From: Tubiluchus corallicola
Lineage: Eukaryota > Animalia > Priapulida
NCBI GenBank assembly: GCA_030141605.1
Contig: JAQGDQ010000343.1
Location: forward strand, 1 to 64,000
Length of the DNA: 64,000 bases
Direction: 5' to 3'
Shown here: one piece after another, positions 46,928 through 59,185 of the stretch
How positions within the stretch are numbered: position 1 is the stretch's first letter
Layout: each line of letters starts with the position of its first letter
Notes under the pieces: generated by a model
What the model was told of the DNA's origin: nothing
The model's database searches: none
What the model saw: only the letters and a program-made list of their open reading frames with translations
Made by a program: the position numbers and the translations under genes

Positions 46928-48397
46928 TGACTAGGTCTTGCAATAGTTTGAATGAGATTTTGAAGAACACTAGGTCTTGCAATAGGTGGAATGAGGTTTT
47001 GAAGAAGACTAGGTCTTGCAAAAGGTGGAATGAGATTTTGAAGAGGAATAGATCTTGTAATAGGTGGAATGAGATTTTGAAGAAGACTAGGTCTTGCAAT
47101 AGGTGGAATGAGATTTTGAAGAGGAATAGGTCTTGTAATAGATGGAATGAGATTTTGAAGAAGACTAGGTCTTGCAATAGGTTGAATGAGATTTTGAAGA
47201 AGACTAGTTCTTGCAATAGGTGGAATGAGGTTTTGAAGAAGACTAGGTCTTGCAATAGGTGGAATGAGATTTTGAAGAAGACTAGGTCTTGCAATAGGTG
47301 GAATGAGATTTTGAAGAGGAATAGGTCTTGCAATAGGTGGAATGAGATTTTGAAGAAGACTAGGTCTTGCAATAGGTGGAATGAGATTTTGAAGAAGACT
47401 AGGTCTTGCAATAGGTTGAATGAGATTTTGAAGAAGACTAGGTCTTGCAATAGGTGGAATGAGATTTTGAAGAGGAATAGGTCTTGCAATAGGTGGAATG
47501 AGATTTTGAAGAAGACTAGGTCTTGCAATAGGTGGAATGAGATTTTGAAGAGGAATAGGTCTTGTAATAGATGGAATGAGATTTTGAAGAAGACTAGGTC
47601 TTGCAATAGGTTGAATGAGATTTTGAAGAAGACTAGTTCTTGCAATAGGTGGAATGAGGTTTTGAAGAAGACTAGGTCTTGCAATAGATGGAATGAGATT
47701 TTGAAGAAGACTAGGTCTTGTAATAGGTGGAATGAGATTTTGAAGAAGACTAGGTCTTGCAATAGGTGGAATGAGATTTTGAAGAAGACTAGGTCTTGTA
47801 ATAGGTGGAATGAGATTTTGAAGAAGACTAGGTCTTGTAATAGGTGGAATGAGATTTTGAAGAAGACTAGGTCTTGCAATAGGTGGAATGAGGTTTTGAA
47901 GAAGACTAGGTCTTGTAATAGGTGGAATGAGTTTTTGAAGAAGACTAGGTCTTGCAATAGGTTGAATGAAATTTTGAAGAAGACTAGGTCTTGCAATAGG
48001 TTGAATGAGGTTTTGAAGAAGACTAGGTCTTGCAATAGATGGAATGAGATTTTGAAGAAGACTAGGTCTTGTAATAGGTGGAATGAGATTTTGAAGACGA
48101 CTAGGTCTTGCAATAGGTGGAATGAGATTTTGAAGAAGACTAGGTCTTGTAATAGGTGGAATGAGATTTTGAAGAAGACTAGGTCTTGTAATAGGTGGAA
48201 TGAGTTTTTGAAGAAGACTAGGTCTTGCAATAGGTTGAATGAAATTTTGAAGAAGACTAGGTCTTGCAATAGGTTGAATGAGGTTTTGAAGAAGACTAGG
48301 TCTTGCAATAGGTGGAATGAGATTTTGAAGAAGACTAGGTCTTGTAATAGGTGGAATGAGATTTTGAAGAAGACTAGGTCTTGCAATAGGTGGAATG
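46928..48397. repeat. 39-bp minisatellite, about 37 copies, preceded by (GAT)n tract 46812-46920
   Basis: Unit gactaggtcttgcaataggtggaatgagattttgaagaa. Confidence 0.97.
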
Positions 48398-49139
48398 TAT
48401 ACTTGTATATTTCTTATGACTAAAACACTGTGAAAAGTCATTAAATACATCAAAAAGCCAGTTTTTATTGAGCGACAATCGTTTCGGCTACTATAAGTTG
48501 TGTTTTATTCTAAAAATGCTTACTGCTCTGGTTCTTCATTATGTAGACTTGAACTAATAAAGCCTTTTAACAGCTTCGTTGTGCGCAAGCGCAGTTGCTA
48601 TAGGTCAAAGGTTAATTGTGTCGCAGCAACGCGTCTTATCTACAACCATTACGTGACATGTGGGTAAAACCATCCCGACTTCAGTTGTTTTACGTAGACT
48701 TTACTCAAATATACATTAGTCTGCATTAGTCTTAGCATAGAGTGATTTACTAGCAGGATCTTACTTGCGAACAAGAAAAAATGAACTAGGTAAGATTCCA
48801 GCTAGGTGATAAAACTGTTACTAGTGCAAACGCATGGTCTGCAAGGCATTGTCACGTGTACACAAACACGCTGTCTCGTAGACTTAACCTTTGACCTTTT
48901 CACGATCATCATCAATCGGCGGAGCTGTGAAAGGGCTTATTGTTTACTGTGTCATGTTCTTTTCTGGTACGAAAGTGTCAGGCAATTTTTTTTACGTTTT
49001 TTCCTTTTCTCTACAATTTCTTCTGTTACAACCTCGTTTATTTTTAATAAGTTAAATTCTAATCTGTTATTTTGCAGTTTCAGTTTGTGCCTTTGTATCA
49101 TTAATGCGTCATTTATTCTTCTGTTTTGGCTTCGTTTAT

Positions 49140-49178
49140 AGCTTGATAATGGCTTCAGTAGCCGAAATGATCATCGAT
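49140..49178 (+). ncRNA. Second minimal type I hammerhead ribozyme motif (U3-A8 variant)
   Basis: agc-TTGATAA-t-ggct-tcagt-agcc-GAAA-tgatca-TC-gat. The truncated inverted partner at 48471-48492 reads agtagcc-GAAA-cgattg-TC-gct-caataaa. Confidence 0.6.
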
Positions 49179-49212
49179 GACTGTGAAATGTGTTAAAGTG
49201 GTTCGAAACTAA

Positions 49213-50077
49213 TGTCACTTGTACCAATCAAGTCTAACATCTCAACACGATACTCTCGAATTTTTAGCCGTTGAAATCAGTTTCATAGGAACTGCCGATC
49301 AACATCATATTGAACTGCTGGTGGCACCTCCTCACCCGGGGGTGGTTCGGGCCTGCAGGTATGGAGGCGGAGCAGTAAGGCAAGCAAAGTATTGAACTGC
49401 TGGTGGCACCTCGTCACCCGGGGGTGGTTCAGGCCTGCAGGTATGGAGGCGGAGCAGTAAGGCAAGCAAAGTATTGAACTGCTGGTGGCACCTCCTCACC
49501 CGGGGGTGGTTCGGGCCCGCAGGTACAGAGAAGGAGCAGTAAGGCAAGCAAAGTATTGAACTGCTGGTGGCACCTCGTCACCCGGGGGTGGTTCAGGCCT
49601 GCAGGTATATCAGGCGGAGCAGCCTAATAATGATTTCCACATAACCACTATTAAACAAAGCAGAATTAAATAATGCTATTTAACTTGAAAGACATTGAAA
49701 TATTTGAAATCCTAAGCTAACTGTGACAAGATTTTAGACAAATTAAAGTAAAACAGAACAAAGAAATAAAGTGGAGAGACTGAACTTGCCATACAGCGGG
49801 TAGTAGGAGAACTCTAAGTCTGACGGAAGAAACACAAGTACAAGAACCATCAACTCTGCACGACCCGATTACCACTGTAGCTCCAGAGTGCAGCAGGTTT
49901 TTACCCTCCCTTTATAACCTTCCCCAAACTAGTGTACATGTCAGAGATAGAGCCAAAATGAAACCTGATTGGTTGAAAGAAAAAGATGTGAAGATTTAGC
50001 CAATAAGAAACGAAATATTTGTAAAAGAATAATTTAGAAGACTTAGGTTTAATCTACTGGTACTTTTAGGGGTGACA
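49213..50077 (-). mobile_element. Possible solo LTR containing an 82-bp tandem array
   Basis: TGTCAC...GTGACA ends; TATAAA (about 49911) on the minus strand with nearby CCAAT/ATTGG motifs. No matching TSD. Confidence 0.4.
49309..49623. repeat. GC-rich 82-bp tandem repeat, 4 copies, A/B alternation
   Basis: tgaactgctggtggcacc recurs at 49311, 49393, 49475 and 49557. Confidence 0.95.
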
Positions 50078-50594
50078 TGAAACGCTAGTTTGGTAACCTT
50101 GCTATACATTGGAATAAAGGTAGAAGTTGTACAGAGTGTGTCGCCCAAGCGCATGCGCTACAATATTAACAAATACAATTCACATTTGCAGTTTTTACAG
50201 TGGCGATGAAATGGTCTATTATTGGTTTTAGTGAAAGTTTTCAATGACGGAAGACAACCATCTTTGTTAAACGTGTCTTTATTATTTCTGACGAGAACAC
50301 CGTTGTTGTTTCTCTTGACCAAGCAATTTGCCCTCTTTTGAGTCTTATTTTTTGAAAGAAGAAGAACTGATACAAAAAGTTTGAAAGTGGATATACCTGA
50401 GTGTGGACATACATGGGTGGCATAAGCCCTGTTTACGCTACGGAGAAAATATGATGTTACTGTACCATTATTTAAACTGTGTGTAGGCTGTATGAACAAT
50501 AAGTGTGCCGAGTACTTCAGAGCTTCCAGAGTTTTTCAGAGGTTCGCAGATCTTGATAGATCTTGAGCTAGAAATTAGTTTAAACAAATTTTAT

Positions 50595-51629
50595 TTACCA
50601 ATGAAACGATCGGTTTGCTATTTTGTACAGCTGTTCATTATACGGCTTAAAGATTTGTTTTAAACGTTTTTCCAGTTGCTGCGATACTTCGGGATGTTTT
50701 CTACCTTTACCATTTCCCAAACAAATGACTTCTTTACTAAATGTTTCGTTGGTTCTTTCATGAAGACAATAAAATCCTTTATCTTTTCTGTAGACAAACG
50801 CATCTTCAGGTATAAGATGATCCAAGTTTAGAAAAGTTTCAACTCTTCTCAGTTCGCTTATTGGATTTTGGACTAATTCGTCACCAGAGACAATGTGAAG
50901 TTGCTCTCTAGGAAAAACTTTCAACCACTTTTCAATATAAGTCACATACTTTCCTGAATCTACGTGTTTTAACTCTCCATTAGGAGTTATAAACTCTACA
51001 AATGTTTGGTGTTTCCGTTTTCCAATTTCTAGGAAAAGCGACACAGTCCTTTGAAACGGCTCTCGAACAATAACAAGGAATTTAGCATCAGGGAGATCTT
51101 TCCTTATCTTTTCTAGCACACCTGAAGTAAACACATAATTTGGATTTTTTTCTATGGTAATTTGTTCATTCGTCGAGCATGGCATGGCTTCTCTGTACCA
51201 TTCTAAACCTTTATCATAGTGACGGTTAAAGTAATGCACCTCTACTGGTTGCCAATCTCGGACAGCTATACTTGGATGAAGTTTCAACATTGCCTGCAGG
51301 GCAAAGGTCCCACATTTTCCAAATCCGATTATAATGCACTGAGGTAATCGCCGCTGAGTGCCAGGTTTGCATCTCTTTCTCTGACTTAATTTGTACTCAG
51401 CATACCTTTTCTCAATATCCTGAGTAGAATCACGAGAAGCCGTAGATGAATTTGCACTAGTGTTCATTGAAACTTTTTTAGTTTGTTCTTGGGGGACACG
51501 ATTCACGGATAACAAAAAAGTTTTTGCAAAAAATATACAACAGAATACTAGTACTATCGCAAACACTACTTTTGCGGCGGAAACACTGATAATATGTGGA
51601 CATTTTCTGCTTTCAAAACAATGAAACAT
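50595..51629 (-). CDS. HS3ST: Heparan sulfate glucosamine 3-O-sulfotransferase-like, paralog C (344 aa, single exon)
   Basis: IIGFGKCGTFALQ, EVHYFN, EKNP, IVREPFQRTVS, CLGNGKGRKHP. Confidence 0.92.
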   Translation of the reverse strand: MFHCFESRKCPHIISVSAAKVVFAIVLVFCCIFFAKTFLLSVNRVPQEQTKKVSMNTSANSSTASRDSTQDIEKRYAEYKLSQRKRCKPGTQRRLPQCIIIGFGKCGTFALQAMLKLHPSIAVRDWQPVEVHYFNRHYDKGLEWYREAMPCSTNEQITIEKNPNYVFTSGVLEKIRKDLPDAKFLVIVREPFQRTVSLFLEIGKRKHQTFVEFITPNGELKHVDSGKYVTYIEKWLKVFPREQLHIVSGDELVQNPISELRRVETFLNLDHLIPEDAFVYRKDKGFYCLHERTNETFSKEVICLGNGKGRKHPEVSQQLEKRLKQIFKPYNEQLYKIANRSFHW

Positions 51630-53290
51630 CCTGCACTATTGTTCTGTTCTTCTGGTTGACGCTTCTCCAAATTAGCAATTTGAAGAACATGGTAATATTA
51701 AACCGTTGCCTGTGGCAACAGGCTTGTACTTTCTGTTTGTCGACAGGCAAAGTCCGCTAGCCTCATGGTATATATTGCAAATATAAAATGATTTGTTTAG
51801 TGTCTGTAAATCTTAATGTTTGCTGTGTGTGTAGTATTTTCTATATATATATATATATATAGTGATACCGTCTATGGTGCCCACGATTCATAATTTATGA
51901 TTAACAAAAAATAAAAAAATAAAAAAGTAAAATGAAACACTTAACAACACACTGAAATGAAATACAAACCAAGTTGAGCAAACCAGAGTTCAGTTGATCA
52001 CAACCGATTCAACAACTTAATAACAGAACCCAAGAAAAACAAGAATCCTGAACCTGATCATGGCTGAGAACACAACGATTTCGAGTCTACGAGAGCAGGT
52101 TCCACGCTCGAAAAAATTGGAAGAAAAAACTAAGCTCTGATTGGTCGACGCAAGGTCACATATGATACTACATTATCATGAAGCCTGCGATTTAAATTTT
52201 TCATTCCAAAACGGTTTAATCCTGCGCCCGCCACAATATGTTCAGTTTAAATCTTATTGTTCAACTTTTTACTTTTAATTTTGTTACTATTAGGAATTAA
52301 AAGCGGCCTACTGTTTTGCTTTGACGAAGTTTTTTTCTTACCGTAGGGGGGCACCACAGCATGTAGAATATGTACTGAAAATGGCTGTGATCATTTTAAA
52401 GTCATTTTACGCAAAATGTTCCTAAAAGAATGTAAAGACTACAATTGGTGTAATGCAAATCTAGTCTCATTGCCCTCCATCAACGCTAATATACGACTGG
52501 ATAAACATGTAATATATTTATGGTCAAATAGATGTCGCCACAGGTATCAATGTGTAAATTTTGGTGTGAACCCTAAACAAATTGTTAATACACCTATTAA
52601 AGGAAAACCGGGTGATTGTTTAAACACAAGTTCAGAATAAAAAATGCTCTAAAATATTGAAAACTACATTAGCTTTTTTAAATCAAAGCTTAGATTAAAT
52701 AATACTTACCTCGGATACTCAAATTTCTTTAAACTTTCAAAGCTACGTAAATCTACTAAGATTGACAACGGCACCTTTTTCTCACATTCGCGTGGCCGAC
52801 AAATAGAAGGCGGTACTGTGATAACCATGATCATGAACTGCTGTGTTAGTTTCTGACGTCATATGATGTAGAACCCATTTTTCGTGACATCATGCGCTTA
52901 AACAGTTCTGTAACACTTATGCAGACGTGCTTGATGCGCAAGGGAAGACGCCTGCAATTGCGCAAACTGTGGTTAGTTTCTGAGGTAAGCAATAGCTGCC
53001 GTTAATTAACTTTCTAAACTAATTATTCAAATGTAAGGAACAATAGCTAACTTTTATAGGCAAGAAAATGTATAGTTTGGACAGTAAATAAAAAAGAAAT
53101 TGAGCAATTATTCTATCAGCATAAATTTTATTAAGAATTCAAATGTTTCGTCAGGATTTTTCATTCACAAGTACTCGGTAATGCAATTCGTTAAAGGAAA
53201 ACATGATGATTTTTCATATCCTACGCCATTTTTTAAATAAAAATTTAAAATTCAAATTGGGTAACACAACTTTCATCATAGGAGGTTGCA

Positions 53291-56030
53291 TTTTGCATGC
53301 AGACAGTACGGACTATTGTGCATTTACAACAGAAAGCGATGAAGGCGGAATTTTCATTTTACCAATTTTCTACGACCATCAAATGCATCATACCCGTTTT
53401 TAACATGGATCGGTGACCTGTAATAAAGTCTCAAGAAAAATGCTTCGAAAAAAGCCACAATTGTGGCTAGGAAAAAGGTCATAATTAATTTTGGCTAGGG
53501 TTGCAAGTTAAGGTTAGTGTACTGGACAGTGCTGCCACCTCTTGAGGCTAGCAGGCAGTTACCTCAACTTACCTGTCAGGTGAATTCGTGGTACGTGACT
53601 TTAGGTACGTGGCTTTGTGAACTGCTGTAAAGACTTGGCCTTGATATGTGGGCTTGGTCTCATGTGACTTGTCCAACGTGTTGTTGAGTTAATTAAAGTA
53701 TTGTAATTAAATGTGTTTGTTGAGTTATTTAAATTATTGTTAATTAAATGTGTTTGTTGAGTTAATTAAAGTATTGTTAATTAAATGTGTTTGTTGAGTT
53801 AATTAAAGTATTGTAATTAAATGTGTTTGTTGAGTTATTTAAATTATTGTTAATTAAATGTGTTTGTTGAGTTAATTAAATTATTGTTAATTAAATGTGC
53901 TTGTTGAGTTAATTAAATTATTGTTAATTAAATGTGCTTGTTGAGTTAATTAAATTATTGTTAATTAAATGTGTTTGTTGAGTTAATTAAATTATTGTTA
54001 ATTAAATGTGTTTGTTGAGTTAATTAATTATTGTTAATTAAATGTGTTTGTTGAGTTAATTAAATTATTGTTAATTAAATGTGTTTGTTGAGTTAATTAA
54101 TTATTGTTAATTAAATGTGCTTGTTGAGTTATTTAAATTATTGTTAATTAAATGTGTTGTTGGTTAATTAAATTATTTAATTAATGTTTGTTGAGTTAAT
54201 TAAATTATTGTTAATTAAATGTGCTTGTTGAGTTAATTAAATTATTGTTAATTAAATGTGTTTGTTGAGTTAATTAAATTATTGTTAATTAAATGTGCTT
54301 GTTGAGTTAATTAAATTATTGTTAATTAAATGTGTTTGTTGAGTTAATTAAATTATTGTTAATTAAATGTGTTTGTTGAGTTAATTAATTATTGTTAATT
54401 AAATGTGTTTGTTGAGTTAATTAAACGTGTTTGTTGAGTTAATTAAATTATTGTAAATTAAATGTGTTTGTTGAGTTAATTAAATTATTGTTAAGTAAAT
54501 GTGCATGTTGAGTTAATTAAATTATTGTTAGTTAAATGTGCTTTTTGAGTTAATTAAATTATTGTTAATTAAATGTGTTTGTTGAGCTAATTAAATTATT
54601 GTTAATTAAATGTGTTTGTTGAGTTAATTAAATTATTGTTAATTAAATGTGTTTGTTGAGTTAATTAAATTATTGTTAATTAAATGTGCTTGTTGAGTTA
54701 ATTAAATTGACAATGTTGAATCCAAACGTCAATGCTGAGTTTACTAATTAGTAATTAGTATTTTGCATGCAGACAGTACGGACTATTGTGCATTCACAAC
54801 AGATAGCAAAGAAGGCGGAATTTTCATTTTACCAATTTTCTGCGACCTTCAAATACATCATACCCGTTTTTAAAATGGATCGGTGACCTGTAATAAAGTT
54901 ACAAGAAAAAAGTTACGAAAAAAGTCCCAAGTGTGGCTAGGAAAAAGGTCACAATTAATTTTGGCTAGGGTTGCAAGTTAAGGTTAGTGTACTGGACAGT
55001 GCTGCCACCTCTTGAGGCCAGCAGGCAGTTACCTCAACTTACCTGTCAGGTGAATTAATGGTACTTGACTTTAGGTACGTTTCTTTGTGAACTGCTTGGC
55101 CTTGATATGTGGGCTTGGTCTCATGTGACTTGTACAACTTGTTGTTGAGTTAATTAAATTATTGTTAATTAAATGTGTTTGTTGAGGTAATTAAATTATT
55201 GTTAATTAATTGTGTTTGTTGAGTTAATTAAATTATTGTTAATTAAATGTGCTTGTTGAATTAATTAAATTATTGTTAATTAATTGTGTTTGTTGAGTTA
55301 TTTAAATTATTGTTAATTAAATGTGTTTGTTGAGTTAATTAAATTATTGTTAATTAAATGTGTTTGTTGAGTTAATTAAATTATTGTTAATTAAATGTGC
55401 TTGTTGAGTTAATTAAATTATTGTTAATTAAATGTGTTTGTTGAGTTAATTAAATTGATTGTTAATTAAATGTGCTTGTTGAGTTAATTAAATTATTGTT
55501 AATTAAATGTGCTTGTTGAGTTAATTAAATTATTGTTAATTAAATGTGCTTGTTGAGTTAATTAAATTATTGTTAATTAAATGTGCTTGTTGAGTTAATT
55601 AAATTATTGTTAATTAAATGTGCTTGTTGAGTTAATTAAATTATTGTTAATTAAATGTGTTTGTTGAGTTAATTAAATGTGTTTGTTGAGTTAATTAAAT
55701 TATTGTTAATTAAATGTGTTTGTTGAGTTAATGAAATTATTGTTAATTAAATGTTTGTTGAATTAATTAAATTATTGTTAATTAAATGTGTTTGTTGAGT
55801 TAATTAAATTATTGTTAATTAAATGTGCTTGTTGAGTTAATTAAATTATTGTTAATTAAATGTGTTTGTTGAGTTAATTAAATTATTGTTAATTAAATGT
55901 GCTTGTTGAGTTAAATAAATTATTGTTAATTAAATGTGTTTGTTGAGTTAATTAAATTATTGTTAATTAAATGTGCTTGTTGAGTTAGTTAAATTATTTT
56001 TAAATAAACGTGTTTTGAGTTAATTAAATT
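53291..56030. repeat. Composite tandem duplication (period 1470 bp): ~390-bp unique block plus 37-bp AT-rich satellite array
   Basis: ttttgcatgcagacagtacggact occurs at 53291 and 54761. Arrays of gttgagttaattaaattattgttaattaaatgtgttt span about 53680-54710 and 55140-56030. Confidence 0.93.
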
Positions 56031-56484
56031 ATCATTTCCTGGAGTCAGTGTCTCCTGCAATTGGTGTTTAGGGTTAACCTGTTGTTACAGTTGGGGGTCA
56101 CAGAGTGATAGTGCAAAGGGATAAAAAGGCAAACTCATAATGTTGATGCAATTTTTATTAAATTTCAAATCCAAAAATACAGAAGGAGCCACTATAGATA
56201 GTCGCCGACATACGAACACAGTCAGTTCAAGTTGATTAGTCGTAAGTTGAACCTTTATGTTCATGTAAGGTACTTTTTGCATACGCGCATCAAATATGGC
56301 TGTGGCTACAAATGAATTTATCGAAATAGATACCGATTTAAAAGTAACTTGCTTAAAAACAAAAGCAAATATGAGTTATAATTAGTTTCGTATAATTAAC
56401 TAATTAACTTTTGATCGGGTTGTAAAGTCGAGCAGTCATAAGTTATACAGGTCGTAAGTTGACGACTACCCTTACACTGTTAAA

Positions 56485-57027
56485 TGCTTGCATAACAAAA
56501 TCATGCATAAGTCGGCAATTAAACTTTTCTAGTTCATGTATCCTGAATCTCCATTTCATGAGGATCATTTTGATACCAAGTTCATCGCTCTATGTTATTT
56601 CTAAACTGAGATAATCCATGTTGAAGTTGATGGTTGCTATGGACTTTGCAAGAGCACATTGAAGTTGTGTTTAAATCCAGTAGGTGGCTCTTCCTGAAGA
56701 AGATCTGATCTTGTCAACAGAAAAAACCCGAAGCAAAATGGCTGCATTCACAAGCTACAATCGGTGTTTGAAAATGCAAGTTTTTTTACAATTGCAGTAC
56801 TAGTTTCTAGACAGTAAAATGGGTAAGGAGTTATAAAATTTAATTTTTATTTTTTTTTAAATTTTTTGTTAATTTCATGCTAGAATATAAAAGTGCAATA
56901 TATTAAGGGTTTGTTTTTATGAAAACGAAAATTTCACATTTGACCAAATTTTTGGTGCATTCTACTTTGAAGCATCATAACATAGTTTTAAATATGCCGA
57001 CTTATGAACGGTTTTGGTTTGCAAGTA
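56485..57027. mobile_element. Non-autonomous DNA transposon with ~40-bp imperfect TIRs
   Basis: tgcttgcataacaaaatcatgcataagtcggca vs the reverse complement of the right end, tacttgcaaaccaaaaccgttcataagtcggca. Confidence 0.65.
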
Positions 57028-57167
57028 AAAACTGTTGCCTATTACGCTGTATATCTTTTAATCCCAATTCAAGCTTGAGTGTAAGAGTTCATAGTCACAT
57101 ATTCAATAGTATTCCGCAAAATACACTCTATAATCTCTCAGTACTGAATATTGCACAATACTATTGA

Positions 57168-57320
57168 GTGACTATGACTATGGCTATGATTATGAATTTA
57201 CTTTCACACATCAAGAAATACAATATCAAACACATCAATAAATTAAAAATAAAATAATTTAAGTAGTACGAGGTGAGTGTACAACCATGCGGTCATTAAC
57301 ACACTCACCTTACTTAAAAG
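57168..57320 (-). mobile_element. LINE-like 3' end with stem-loop and (CATAGT)-type tail
   Basis: Stem aggtgagtgt/acactcacct (57271-57310) and hexamer tail 57170-57194. A possible degenerate ORF2 end (APNYCHNPPEFITNLSSVTLF) lies at about 57810-57875. Confidence 0.5.
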
Positions 57321-58299
57321 AAAAACTATGATAATTATGCATGCTTCTGTACGTAGATAAGTTAATAATGTAAATAAGAATGAAGTAATAATAGCAATTG
57401 TATAAGAGGAATACAACTGTGAAAGTTAAGAAAGGAAAGCATAATATGTAATTACGACTTTGAGTGAGCCATAAAGAGTGAAAATTTTTAAATAGTTACG
57501 AATTTGAATTATCTGATTATCTGTCAGCACAGGAACAAGCATAAGTACACATTTAATATATATATATATAACTACATATATAACTACATGTTTATATGAC
57601 AATAATGTATACTGTTAATTGCACATAATAGTACCATAATGATCAAAAGCGTCTGTAGGTGACATTTGAGGATTGCATTGCAAATTGGGCAACATTTCAC
57701 ACTTATCTGGGTCAGGTAAAACAAATATATTGTGCAATATAATTTCAATTGTTCACAATTATAATGTGCAATGCTATTCAAAATGTGTACGCCCACCCAA
57801 ATATACGTAAACAATGTAACTGACGACAAATTGGTAATAAACTCTGGGGGATTATGGCAATAATTTGGAGCGATCGTATTGATTCCGGATAAACAAATGA
57901 GTTGAAAAAATTGATACAAAGAACATGATGATGATGACGACGATAACAAGAATGGTGATGGTGATGACCACGATATTCAGCGATGACAATGGCGAGGATA
58001 CAGCAACTATGATAACGACGAAGACAAGGACTTGCTGTTCACAACACGCTTACCAATACTGAAGAAACAATGTAGAAATGATTAATGATACTATCATTAC
58101 TAATTAATTTCTAGTTTAATTACATAAAATAGCAGTCCTAACAGAAAATCTCAATTTAGCAGAAATAAAATTGCTAAATGGCGAATAAAAGCATCAGGGT
58201 TTTTTGAAGACTTGTGCAATTGGCCAACTTTGAGAGTTTCAGCATTTGCTAATACCATCGTCAGCGGAAATTAAAATTTGTAATTGAGGGTATTACAGC

Positions 58300-58300
<1 letters not shown>

Positions 58301-58353
<53 letters not shown>
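58301..58353. repeat. (AAT)n microsatellite
   Basis: Read directly from the sequence. Confidence 0.95.
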
Positions 58354-58354
<1 letters not shown>

Positions 58355-58967
58355 GAAAACTGCCAACTAAAATATATAAATTAAACACAGTGAACGTAGA
58401 ATTAATCGTATACTAAAACTATGGTGCTTTCATTGCCAATTTTATTTCTGCTAAAATAATAGAAAACTTTACAAAAACAAAAAACACGCAAATTCGCTAC
58501 GATTATTATTTAACTAACTATTCAACACTAGAAGAACCTGGCACGTCGATTGTTGCCCTCCCATTTATTCTAAGTATTATGCTTTTTCCAGTCCTTCTGC
58601 TGTTAAAAGATTAAACTTCACTTTAAAAATCCATATGCATTGATGTAAATAACAACACAAGTGTGATAGAACTATTTTCTGCAATTTGCACTGGTTTGAA
58701 ATTTAGCATAAAATAGAGCTATAGGATGCAAGAACAAAATATATATCTATAATGGAATAATATGGAATATATATGTATACATATATGTAAATATGTACAT
58801 ATTCCAAGTCGGTTTCACATAAGTTAGAAACATTCTACGAAAAAATTAAATTTAAACATATTTTTTATCAATTTATTCAACGTTTAAGTAATCTATACTT
58901 AATCCCATCCAGAAAAGCCAATGTAAACCAAGCCTCATTGTACAAGTACTTCACTAATTCACACCAC

Positions 58968-59185
58968 ACCACACTTCATCGTACCTCACAGTACAACACT
59001 ACATCACACTACATCGTACCTCACAGTACAACACTACATCACACTACATCGTACCTCACAGTACAACACTACATCACACTACATCGTACCTCACAGTACA
59101 ACACTACACCACACTACATCGTACCTCACAGTACAACACTACATCGCACTACATCGTACCTCACAGTACAACACTACATCACACC
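58968..59185. repeat. 35-bp minisatellite, about 6 copies
   Basis: Unit cacactacatcgtacctcacagtacaacactacat. Confidence 0.92.

Noticed and set aside
51873-52358. LTR-like segment with TATGGTGCCC / GGGCACCACA ends
   Set aside because: Imperfect terminus and no TSD; plausible but unsupported.
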